Shown: positions 27,783-39,519 of the stretch, piece after piece
How the letters are laid out: each line of letters opens with the position of its first letter
Position numbering within the stretch: position 1 is the stretch's first letter
Source: Adineta vaga
Taxonomy: Eukaryota > Animalia > Rotifera
Direction: 5' to 3'
Assembly (NCBI GenBank): GCA_021613535.1
Contig: CP075495.1
Span: 12,276,001-12,340,000 of the forward strand
Length of the DNA stretch: 64,000 bases
Position numbers and translations under genes: made by a program
Notes under the pieces: generated by a model
The model's database searches: none
Seen by the model: the letters and a program-made list of their open reading frames with translations, nothing else
What the model was told of the DNA's origin: nothing

Positions 27783-29049
27783 TGTCGTATGATTAGGTTT
27801 ACAAAGTTTCCTTTTAAAAAATGTTTCTTTTGCAGAATTAAATAATAATTTACTAAAGATAAGTGTATATCCAAAAAGAAAAGCTTTAATATAATCAAAT
27901 AAATATTCATCATGTCGACCAACGAAACGTGGTTTAAGATCTAATTGTGTTGTACGATTATCAACAATATGTTTTAATAAAATTCTCAATAATGATATTC
28001 CATCGGAGAGAACTGGATGATAGAAAAATACAAGTATACTATCATTTGGACGTGATGATGAACGATTTTTATAATGTAATTGCCATAGAGGACGTGTAAG
28101 TGTCAATTCAGTTGATAGTATTGTTGATATATATGATTGAAGATCTTCATCAGATTGAATAGAACGTGGAATTTCTCGAACATGTTCATCAATAGAGAAG
28201 AGTGAATAATCAACCCACATTGCACCAGAAAAACGTGAAATAATGATTTGAGAAAATCGTGGAAATAATTTACGTCCAATATTTGAACCACGTCGAGCAC
28301 TATTTGTAATTAGACGATTAAGTAATAATTTCTTTAATGAATTTTCATTGATTATACCTACATAATTTCAAAGATAAAATTGTCATTAGATAAGAAATCG
28401 AGAAAAATTTACCGTCAAGGAAAAAAATAGCTGCTGCTATTGGTGAATTATTTGGAGAATTTAGTTTCGTTGTTTCATCATTTTTATTTCGATTCGATGA
28501 TATATAACTATTATAAAACCAAAATAGATCGCTCGCAGATAGATAACTACAAGTACATGGCGTGACAGTACAATGATGTCGACAAATGAATCGTATGAAG
28601 GTTTGAATTAACCAACAAATAGGTAATAATATTATTAGGAATAGAACACATGGCAATGAAATTAATAAAGTTAAACATACGGATGATGTACGTCGTAAAA
28701 AGACGATAATAGATGAACGATCAGCAGGATGTTGAACACGTTTTATAGGTCGATTTTGCATGTAGAATGTCGCCGTTGTTTGCTGTTGTTCATCAGTTGT
28801 TGCTGATTGTATGTAACCAGTTTTATTACGATTTTCTGTGGTTTGCCGATGAGAACGTGCCATATTAAGTGGTTCAACACGTTGTGACGGAAAAAAAATT
28901 GTCGTTATTAAAGGTGGTTGTAATGTTGATAGAGGCGGAGCGCGAACAGATAAATTCTGTTCAAGTTTATGTTGATATTGATGGCCGTCGAATGGGACAG
29001 AAGCTAAGTCAGACACGACCGGTTGAACCCATCGAGTGTCCACTTGCAT
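25913..29049 (-). CDS. Wax ester synthase/diacylglycerol acyltransferase (WS/DGAT)-family protein with an N-terminal TM helix and a C-terminal coiled coil; 8 coding exons
   Basis: LSASDLFW; WVD..FSIDEHV; RPLWQLH; YHPVLSDG (HHxxxDG variant); RMNDIL; DLRP..GNQ..LKLP; TTYADEIRLVVIADPNLVP. Exons 29049-28413, 28357-27577, 27431-27190, 27135-26876, 26824-26684, 26634-26327, 26270-26168, 26104-25913. Confidence 0.85.
27754..27782 (-). repeat. Coding (AAT)n repeat encoding poly-Asn in the WS/DGAT protein
   Basis: ttattattattattattattattattatt on the + strand; NNNNNNNNNN in the ORF. Confidence 0.9.
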
Positions 29050-30822
29050 TGTCTCCTAGATTGAACGAAAAACATTCTTTTTATTTAGGAAATAAAGTAA
29101 TGATTATGTATATATATATATATTCATGTCATGCAATATATTGCCGATGTGCCTCTCTCGTCTCGGAAAGAAAAATGATGAATTTGCAGTGTGTTTATTA
29201 CTTTTTCCTTCATAAAAACATGTCTTCCACTATTTAAACACATCTCAAAAGGATTTTCTGCCTTTTTTTTTGTTATTTTTTGTTAGCTTGTCGTCGATGT
29301 GTGTTTTTCACACTAATCTTTAGGCACAGATAATGATAATTAAAAAAGATGACGAGAAAAGTTTTCTCTTTCCTAGATTGAAAAACCTGTCTGATAAAGA
29401 AAAAAAAAGAGAAAGAATGACTGAGAAAATATATTCTTCAATCCACTTCTCTGACAAATACACTCACACATCTGAATAATGCCTGACAAAAAGAAAGTTT
29501 AGATCGAGAGAAAAAAGAAGAAAAAAAAAGAAGATTTATTAGACAAATAGAAGAACACTTTATGCATGGAGAGGTATCACACTATTATTTTTTTAAATTT
29601 TTAATTTCAAATATATCTATATGAATCTATTTTTTTGTTCTTTTCATTTTTCTCACCTTCAAAACGATTAAGAGTTATTTCCATCGGTATAAAACAACAA
29701 CCATAGTAAATTGTTTCGATGGAAGACAAACTGGCACGCATATTTCTTGTGACTAATCGATTAACATTGTCGTTGTCGTGTCATCATTCGTATCGACATA
29801 ATCCTGAAAAAAGTAGTGAGCACACAACTGAAACCATCATCCTTCGTTTTTCTATTTATAGATATATATAAATTTGTTCTCGTCGTATGAATCTGATAAT
29901 CGTACGATTCAAATGATGAAATAGAGTAATTGAGACATGTTGTCTTTTCTTCTTCTAGAAAAATAAACAATGTTAATATTCATTCTTTTCGTATGCGATT
30001 CTTTTTGTTTCACTAGCTACATTAAAAAGCGAAAAAAAAATAAACACATACGAATACATAGATAACTGTCAAGAATAAGTGATAGACAGAAATAGAAATG
30101 ACGGGAAAAAAAGCAAAATGATTATAACTAGAATAACACAAGTCTATATCGATCAAGGACATTTCAGCACATCAAATAACATGAGAATATTCACGGATGA
30201 TGTGATGTTTCGTGAGAGTAGAGACATACACATTATCATCTTGATTGTAAAATGCATCATGCTTGTTCTTGTCATCAAATGAAACAGAATGCGAGAATAT
30301 AGATGGCAGTTAGACAAGAAAAATGCAATATAGATTGACTCATAAATGAGGAAAATATGACTTGACTACATATGTTTGTCAGTCATCAGACATTAGCCTA
30401 TTCTAGCACACAATATCGCAATTCTATCAATCATAACACAATCTTTTTGCCGACTTTTCTTTTGTATATAGAATATGAACTGTTCCATTCCTTTGTTTTT
30501 AATTTCTTCTCATTGTCTACGAATATTATATTGAGTGTAACAACCGGATGTATATGTAGTACGCATTATATCATATGTATCTAGACTCTGATTTATTATC
30601 TGTATCAATGAAACTTGTCAAAACCTATCGACGTCTTCTTTTTTATTTAAATATCTCGTTTTCTCCCTTTCGCTTTTCTTACCTCGAATAATGTCGCTAA
30701 TGCAAAATATATGTCAAACGATAAGACATCACTGCTAACAGTAACAAACAATATCTATGTGCTTTTCTCGATGTGTATGTATGTATGTGTGTCTGTGTGC
30801 GTGTTTCATTCTTTTTCCTATT

Positions 30823-30830
30823 TCTCTCTC

Positions 30831-30860
<30 letters not shown>
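30823..30860. repeat. (CT)n microsatellite
   Basis: tctctctctctctatctctctctctctctctctctctc. Confidence 0.95.
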
Positions 30861-30861
<1 letters not shown>

Positions 30862-32754
30862 TTCCCTCGGTATCTCTGTTGAAGTAGAGAGCAAAGAAAT
30901 CGGAGATGTGGACGCCTTCTCGATGTCTAGTCTAACTGATGGTAGTTGTTCTACACAATTAAGCTGCTAACACTCGACCATCACCGTCAACAGCATCGCT
31001 TGCGCATTTGACATCGCTACATATTTTTTTCTTGCATTTTCTCTTCTCTTCTGTTACATCTTTGCGAAGCACTTGCGTGTTGGTTGCTCATCATTGCAAT
31101 TCTTAACAGCCGGTTGACGCTGCTGCCGGTGTGTTTGTAGCATCTCGTTTTTCACCCTCATCTTCAGTTAGACACATACGCACATGAAAAAAAAGAGAAG
31201 AAAGAAGAATCAGATCCTCTTCTTTCTTTTCTTTTTCTTCTTCTGCTTTTTGTTCTTTTCCAAAAACGCATTCAATGAACAGCACAGTAGAGAACGATAA
31301 CAAAACTCACTCTATCGAGAACACATCACCAAGAATAATAACAATAAACGCAAGACCGAAAGAGAGAAAAAGAAGAAGAAGAAGAAGAAGAAAAAATCAA
31401 CGTCATTTCTTTTCTTGACGTTTTCAGCCGTTTCATAAGGCGACTTATAGTCTCTTAATGATATCAATGGCTAGAGGAGAAAACTTCCTCAATGAGTCGT
31501 CAAATTTGACTCTTTTTTTCATTAGTTTTCTTTTTTCAAATGACGTACTTCAAGTTTTCTATTCTTTCTTATTTCAAATACAAATAGCAGTATTTTGATC
31601 GAACAATTATAATGTCGAGAAAATAGTTTCAAATAACAGTATTATCAAAAAGTTTCCTAAGAGGAAAAAAAAGAACGCGATCGTCAGATGATATCTTGTA
31701 TAATAACAGATGAATATATATGTAATGTATATATCATTATGTTCCACTATCATTATCCAAAAATATGCCAAGTATCATCAGAACATACGCAGTTAGATAT
31801 GTACCATGTGATGTGTGTTAGATAAAGCTAAACAAAATACGAGATAGTTATAGAAAAGATTATGGAAAGAAGAACTACAAATACTAAAAAAAACAAAGTT
31901 CTAAAAAACATATGCGTTTTAAGCATCAAAACATGTCGCATTAATACTTTCTCTTCAAACTACAATAATCATAAACGAGAAGATTATACATTATTTTTAT
32001 GAGAATATATATATATATATCTAGACTACATCATAAAACCAATTTCGTGGATAATCCCATTTGAAACTATTGCTCCCAGATGTACAACTAGATATCCCAT
32101 AATCAAATCAATGATAAACAGAAACGTAAAAAACATATTTAATTTCTATTACTGTTGAACAAGTAGAATCTTGTATTTTTATCGTTATATCTAAATATGA
32201 ATATTTCCTTCATTTTTACATCATATCGATATGCCTAAAGTTGACAGATAGGCAAATTAAATGTATTATCACATTATGAAACATCAACACCGAATGATTT
32301 ACAACCATCATTACATTAACTGAGATTTTTACTACAAGAGAATAATGTGCAAAAAGGAGAAACAAGATATTTTTATGATACTCTCCGTTTGACATAACAC
32401 ATAGTCATATATAAATCTATCGATTTTGGAATAAAAAAAGGATAAATTAAATTACATTTAGAATATTATACGAAAGATTGTATTAGAAAAGCGCACTATT
32501 ATCACATGTCATCCAAAAAACAATCTGTCATTATTATAATAAAGATTTAACAGAGAATGAATTGATCAATATAAAAAAAGAATTAACCTTGTCTAAAATA
32601 TCAATTTACTTTCCAATCCATAATGATTCTATTAATATAAGTTTCTTACCCTTGATTTTGTATGTATAAAGTATCATATGAAAACAGACAAGAGGACAAA
32701 AAAGTTTATCTAGGACTAAATAACAATTCAGATAAAAGAAAAACAAATCAAAGT

Positions 32755-33809
32755 TCATGAGATATTCTTTTTTAATTCTTCAGTATAGATCATTAATTCA
32801 TTTCGTAATGCCAGACCTATACGATTCTCTCGTGTGACCTAAATTAAATTTTCGAAAACAAAAGAAAAAATATTGATTATTAGTATTTGAAATCGAATAC
32901 ATACTGTCATTAAATGACAATCTTTTCGTCGACGAATATTATCAACAAATGCAACAGGTTTAATCGGTATGGTAGCAATCAAAATCATATTTGGTTTCTC
33001 TAATAATGTTTGAATTAATTGCTTGAATTTGTTTGATAATAATTCCATTTTTCCTATTTCATCGATGACACATATACATGGTGTTTGAATATTCTATTGA
33101 AACCAAGAAAACAGACGAAATGTGTTTCTTAGAAAAATTAAAGAGGAAAACTTACTGTTAATAATGGTAAAGCAACACGTTCGAATTCGTCAACTAAAAC
33201 ATTATACTGTCCAATACGTGGCAATGCTGCTGATGACGAAGTTGTGTATTCGCTGAAAAAATGCAAAAAATTTGTTTATAAATCAACGATAAAGACACAA
33301 TTTGATAGATAACAGAAAAAGTCTTACTTAGTTCGTGCTAAAGGAGTACGTGATTTGCCATCCAATGTAACTACATCAAAACCAATACGTGAGCGAGCAT
33401 TATTTCGAACTTCCTCTGTATAAAAACCATAACAAGGTATCTGTTGTGATTGTTCGAGTAATAATTCACATACACGTCGTACTAATGTTGTTTTACCTGC
33501 ACCTGAAATTATTCATTTCACAAAATAATATAACTTTCTCTTCCAGTCAGAATCAAATATAACTATGAAAAAAGAAAATCTTATAACAAAAGCTATACAT
33601 CAATTCAACGTTGGTCTCGTCGTCGACATTCTATTCTATATATTTATACATGTAATTCTTTGCAGTTTATCATTGAAAATAATCATATTGACCAAAGGAT
33701 TAATAGATGGTGGATGTTCACAAAAATTTATAACAATAAGGAAAAGCAACTGACCTGGTTCGCCAGTTACCAGGATATGGCGAATGGTTGACGATGCGGA
33801 TTTAGCCAT
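32755..33809 (-). CDS. NTPCR: Cancer-related nucleoside triphosphatase (THEP1/NTPase_1 family); multi-exon
   Basis: Spliced HILVTGEP|GAGKTT Walker A; GFYTEEVR; RIGFDVVTLDG; PRIGQYNV; CVIDEIGKMEL Walker B; ATG 33809, TGA 32755. Confidence 0.92.
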
Positions 33810-34708
33810 AATGAATAAAAAGATCTTAAACCAAACAGATATACCAGAATGATATGAATGAAATTCATGGATTATATTATATTCACTGATTTATTCTGAA
33901 AAGATGCTTATCCGTAAGCTTTGAAGTTGTCACTTTAGGATTTTATCAAAACTCCAAAGTCATATTAACATAATTACTGAAACTCAAATGTAATGAATTG
34001 AAATTTTCTTTACAAACGATCAATGTCTGAAAAAGACATTGTGTACGCAAGTAGGTACATTATTAACAGTCGGTGACATAGCGCATTCGATAACTTAAAT
34101 TGTCAGTTTTATAACTACTTCGAATAATCGTATAGATTTTGACAAAAGTTTATTATAAATATGTTGATTTTATTTCATAGAATATATCAGTCATCACTTA
34201 ATAAAGAGATTTTTATTAAGAACATTGCGATTATGTTCATTTTTGATAATGAAACATGACGAACAATTAAATATGAAGACATCTAGCTAAGATATATCTT
34301 TGTCAAATGTAAAAACAAAACAAAGAACTTGTTTTTCTTGATAAATAATTATGTATGTTTTAATATCGTCAATAAAAATCATTAATAAAGACGCTGGTTT
34401 GTTTTTCTCTTGAAATAACAAGAAGACGAAGAAGAAGAAGAGAATAAAAAGCGGCAGAAAACGAAGAACAATATGATATAAATAAACTAAAGTCATATTT
34501 ATGAAAAAAACGAAGAAGAAGAAAAGAAGAAAAGAAATAAACAGCACCAGAAAGAGAAATAAACAACCCAAACACAAAAAGTAACAACTAACAAGCAAAA
34601 TGATTTCTTTGCGGTTTGTATAAATATTTTGTTTTGTTCTAATCGAAGAAATGTATTCAAAATTAACACTATATAATAAGAGACAAGAACGTTTTCGCGT
34701 AGAAACAA

Positions 34709-37700
34709 TCAAGATTCTGATGGTGTTTGTTCTTGAATGGACGGAGATGAAGAAGACAATTCTGTTGGTTCATCAAGATTAGTAATTAATGTCTAAAGAG
34801 ATAAAGAAAGGAAATGATTAATCAATTAAACTTGTTTGTTTCAAAGTGTGTGCAAAACTTTGTAGTCGTGACAATATGAAACATCAAGTGCAGGTAGCAT
34901 GCAATGTTAGTTTTAACGAAAGGTCTTTTGTGCTCATTGAAAAAACTAAAACAAAGGGGATGGAAAATCGGAGTGTACCTCTCCGGTTCCACTTCGATGC
35001 ATGTCGTTTAAATGTTTGTCAAGTTGTTGAGCAATTGAATCTTGATTTTCAAGAGCTTCTTTGCCTGATCGAATTAATTCATGCAATTGATCAATACGTG
35101 TATTGCCCTCAATTGGTAGTGATGGTGAGTGTTTTATCAATTCAAATGATTCATCCTAGATTAATGATGAGTTAGAAAAGAAGCATAAATATTAGTGCAA
35201 AGATGCAAACAAAAGCAAAGGAAAACAAAATGTTTTTTTTTTTCGTCTAAGAATTAATCAAATCTAGTGAAACATGCAGTCAATTAACAATATTTACGAT
35301 AACTTACAGTATTCGATGATGAACTGTGATTATTAAGAAATGATCGTTCGTCTAATTGACGTTTTAACGATTGACTTTCTTCAATGGCTGTATTATGAGC
35401 TGATTGTAAACGTTCAATCTCAGCACGAAGTTGTTTCATTTCATCAGATAATTGATCATTCTCATGTTGAATATTTTCAAGTATTACATCTTTCTATAAA
35501 AATAATCAAATTTTAGATTGACAAAAGTAAATCTTTTCAAAATTCAATTACATTTTTAAGATCAGCAAGTAAAATTTCTTCTTTACTTCTTACTGTTTGT
35601 TCAATTTCTTTCAATTGATTTTCCTGAAAACAAAAGTAAATAGAAATTTCCGAGAATCTTTTCCTTATAACAAAACTAACCACATCATTCATATTTTTAT
35701 AAAGTTGATCATTTTCATGTTTGAGTTTGTTACATTCTTCTTGTAAAGTACGCTGAAAATAGAAAAAAAAAGAATAATTAATATTCAAATAAATAAAAAA
35801 GAATAGATACGATATCTTTTACTTATGTTCAGACGCCATCTTTTCGAATCTTAGCACGATTGATTTATCATGACGAGCCTTATAATGCGACTGGCCATGG
35901 GACAAAGTATATATCACTTTCTATACTGTAATCAAGAGAACCTTGATACTCGGAAAGGATATATAACAATGCATATAGGGTTGGCACGGGCAAGGCATTG
36001 ATGAAATAAATCAATAATGCATTCAGAGAATGGATTAAGGCTGTTCATCATGACATGAGAAGATATCTGTTTATACTTTCATAGAACGATATCAGTTAGA
36101 TTCGAACTCGAGTTCAAATGATTTCATTCGATTAAAACCACTAAACTAGAGAAATATTTACTTTGCTTGTTTCATTACTGGATACGAATATTTGTTGATA
36201 GGATGAAAGCCATTGATTGAAATCCTTTGAAAAAGAAAAATTCAAAAGTTCTTGTCTAAATTTAATTCTTGATATTCTTTCATTCGTTAATTACCTGATT
36301 CTCATTTGGTAATTGATTTCTCACGTCTTGTTCTAATAGATTACTAAGGAATTGTTTTTGTTTGTCATGTTCTTGTCGAAGACGTTCTTCCACTTGTGAA
36401 TTGGTTGTCTGGAATAAATGAAAAAAAGAACACAAATCATTTTATCATGCATACTAGTCTCAAATCACATTCACGATAACAAAGCAATATAGTGTTCATT
36501 CAAATAAATAAGCAAACCCATTGAAAAATATAACTCCTATGGGTAATGCAAAACCACAAGAAATTTATTTCACTAGATTGCGTTAGATATAAAAACCATT
36601 GAAATAGAAAACCCAGAGATAATAAAGATTAGTTTCAATTTTTTTTGATTATTCAAATTATCGTTCTATTGACTTTAGTTATTCGATCGAATTAAAGTCG
36701 CAAGTTTTTCTTCGGCTAAATTCAATTCGTTCATCACTTTCCAATTTCGTATACGAACTTTCTATGAGAAAAAAAAACCAAATAATGATTCAGATGTGTA
36801 TTCGCTCAGTGAGAAAATTAGAGTAAATATCAAGGAAAATTCAGCAGTAAATATGAATTTTCATCATAGCGAGTAGCACATAAGTTTCGTCTGTTTTCTC
36901 CGAATTAGAGAGTAGGAAAAAAATTTATATTTACATCATTTCTTGCTTTGACTTCTTCGAGTTCCTTTCGTAATGAATCGATTTGTGTATTTTTATCAGC
37001 TAATTCTTTGTTGAGAGATCTAAAAACGAAAGAAAATAGAAATGAAGAAAAAGATTCTTCGACAAGTTTTACTCTTCTTGTTGACCATTTGTTTTCAATT
37101 GTTCAATTTCTTTTCGTAATTCATTTTGTTGTGATTGATATTGAGACTAAATAATGGAAATTGATTGATCGAAATTACAAAACAACAAGAAGATATTTTA
37201 CTTGAATATCATCAAATTTCTTTTTATATTGTTCATTTTCTTGTGTTAATTGTTTAACTTCTTGTTCCAATTTCTGACGTTCTTCATTATTTGTTGGTTC
37301 AACACGAGCGATTTCTGCATGTTGTAATTGATCATTTTGTGATTCTAATTCTTCTATACGACGTTTATATTCATTCAATTGATTTACATGTAATGTTCGA
37401 TGATCATTTAATTCTTTCAAGATTTTTTCTTCATTATGTTTAAATTGTTTTTGAATTTCTTGAATTTTTTGAGATAATTGTTGATTTGAACTAAAAGAAA
37501 TGATGAATTTTTACATACGAAGATAAAATATTCATATCCTACCGAATTAATGTATCTTTTTCTTTTTGTATTTCTTGAAGTGTTAAGTCCTTTGATTCTA
37601 ATTGTTTTTCTAATTTACCATTATCAATTGATAATTTTTTAATTTGATCATTAACTACACGAGCTTGAACATTCGTCGAATCCGAATTATTATTGATTAA

Positions 37701-37827
37701 ATTCATTGATGAAAGATGTTGCTGTTGTTGAAAATGTTGTTGTTGTTGGGCTAAACGTTGTTTTAATTGCATATTCTCATCCGCAAGTCGTCGATATTCG
37801 ACTTCATATGTTTGAAATTGTTGTTGC

Positions 37828-37861
<34 letters not shown>

Positions 37862-39519
37862 GGGGATGTTGATGTTGAAGAGAATTCAATTGAGAACGAA
37901 GAACTTGAATGTTCATGTCTTTTTCATTTGTTTCTTTTAATAAATCATTTATACGACGTTTATCATTACTAAGTTCATCACTTAATTCTTTTATACGTTT
38001 TATAGCATTTGTTTTTAGATCTAGATAAATAAAATTGAATTCCTTCTGTATATTCAATGAGAAATCATACCTTCTTCATATGCTCGAGCAGATTCATTTA
38101 AAACTTGACCAATATGTGCTTGTGGATCAACTCGTTGACCATGTTGTAACTAAAATTCAGAAAAAGAAGAAAAAATGATAAATGAAAATTTAGAAAAAAT
38201 TCAATATATTCATACTTTTGACCAGTCTTGTTTGATTAAAGATTGTTTATTTGCAATTTTTTGCATGATTATATTTAATTCGTCAGTTGTTAAAGGAAAT
38301 GCATCAAGTGCTGACATGAGTTCAGTGACGACAACTTGTGAAGTTGGAAGAGCTAAACAAATGAATGAATGAATTCAATAAAAAAACTGAAAGATGAATT
38401 GATTGTATATTCACCTTTGACTAAATCAGCAAGTTTTGCTGGTGGAACCGAAGCAGTAGTTGATTGTTTGACAGGTAATGAAGACGGATTGTATCCGTTG
38501 GCCTGAACTGTTGTTTCCTTTTGTTGACGAATGGGTTGACGTTGAGCTAATTGTTCATGTTGAACTTGATTTGAAGCTTGTTGTTGAGCAGAAGGTGGAG
38601 CGACAGACGTTACAGTTGTAGACGATGCAACTGCTGATTTCGTTTGTTGTTGTTGTTGTTGTTGTTGTTGCTGTGGCAGTTGTTGTTGTTGATTTGATTG
38701 AGCTGGAGTTTTATGTCCTTTACCAACTACAGTTGTAAATGGTTGTTCCTGTTGTTGTTGTTGTTGTTGTTGTTTTTGAACGCTTAGATTGGCATTTGAT
38801 GCTGGTGGTGCTGTTGATCTTTTAACTGGTGCAATAGGACCTGGTGCAGGTTGCTTATTTGATGTTTGAGATGGTTTAATTTGCGTTTTAGGATGTTGGT
38901 GATGTTGTTTAGCTAATTCAACTTCATCTTTAGGTATTCCACTCACTAATTTTGGATGTGAAATTGGTTGAGGTCGATTCGTTACTGGACTCTTTTCATC
39001 CTTGTTGACTAAAATACCTTCAATTGGTGGTGTACCTGGCCGTGCTTTATTTTTACGTTTACGAGCTTTAGAAGAACTTTCAACAACTTGTGGTGCTGTT
39101 GCTACTGTTGTTGATGATTCCTAAAAATTATACAAATATATGTAGTTATAATGAAAAACATATCTTTTTAAATTTCAATTTACTTGTTCACTTTCTTCAC
39201 GTTCATTATCAGTTTCTTCACTTGTTTGTGTTGATGGTTCTTTAAATTTCACATGTTGTGAATCTTCATCATCTTTATTTTCACGTTTTGATTTCTTTTG
39301 AACACTACGTTTTTTCTTTTTTTGATCATTGGCATTTTTATCTTTTCGCTTCTTATCATTAACTGCATCAAAAATTGAATTGGTTTCATCCTTCTTTCCG
39401 CTTAAATTTCCTGCAGATAACGGATCGGACATATTTATTTTCCATGCCACGAAACCAAAACCACCAACTAATGCAGTAATGATGACCAAAGCAAGTAAAA
39501 TAGTTACCCAATCGATCAT
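34709..39519 (-). CDS. RRBP1: RRBP1(p180)/kinectin-like ER membrane coiled-coil protein; multi-exon snoRNA host gene
   Basis: N-terminal signal-anchor TM, Lys-rich segment, Q/P-rich linker, LTTDELNIIMQKIANKQ..W....RVDP motif, long heptad coiled coil, KARND/RNWK and DFNQWL motifs; spliced through to TGA at 34709. Confidence 0.75.
35825..36056 (-). ncRNA. SNORD17: Long intronic box C/D snoRNA, SNORD17(HBI-43)-like; predicted guide for 28S rRNA U in GAAUGGAUUAA
   Basis: C box ATGATGA 36051-36045; guide TTAATCCATTC 36038-36028; D' CTGA 36026-36023; C' ATGATAA 35871-35865; D CTGA 35832-35829; terminal stem ATGT/ACAT; 232 nt; ends ~72 nt upstream of the 3' splice site of intron 35753-36161. Confidence 0.85.
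36675..36761 (-). CDS. Alternative (probably terminal) exon of the RRBP1/kinectin-like gene: KVRIRNWKVMNELNLAEEKLATLIRSNN*
   Basis: Strong acceptor tttttttttctcatag in phase with the upstream exon ending KARND; resembles the kinectin/RRBP1 LREKNWKAMEAL motif; in-frame TAA; AATAAA at 36569-36564. Confidence 0.6.
   Translation of the reverse strand, partial: KVRIRNWKVMNELNLAEEKLATLIRSNN
36802..36872 (-). ncRNA. Intronic box C/D snoRNA (71 nt) with an 18S rRNA-complementary D-box guide
   Basis: Stem TCGC/GCGA; C ATGATGA 36867-36861; D' CTGA 36844-36841; C' TTGATAT 36833-36827; guide ACTCTAATTTTCTCA 36824-36810; D CTGA 36809-36806. Confidence 0.85.
37816..37862 (-). repeat. Coding (CAA)n poly-Gln tract in the kinectin-like gene; further tracts at ~38644-38690 and ~38750-38773
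   Basis: (gtt)n on the + strand; QQQQQQQQQQQQQQQ in the ORF. Confidence 0.9.

Noticed and set aside
35823-35878. Apparent AG...GT cassette exon in the kinectin-like intron
   Set aside because: At 56 nt it would frameshift, and it coincides with the C'/D half of the SNORD17-like RNA, which explains the sequence better
36490-36620. Hairpins (acccat/atgggt, tatttca/tgaaata) suggesting an H/ACA RNA
   Set aside because: H box placement and pseudouridylation pockets are unconvincing; the region is more likely an alternative 3' UTR
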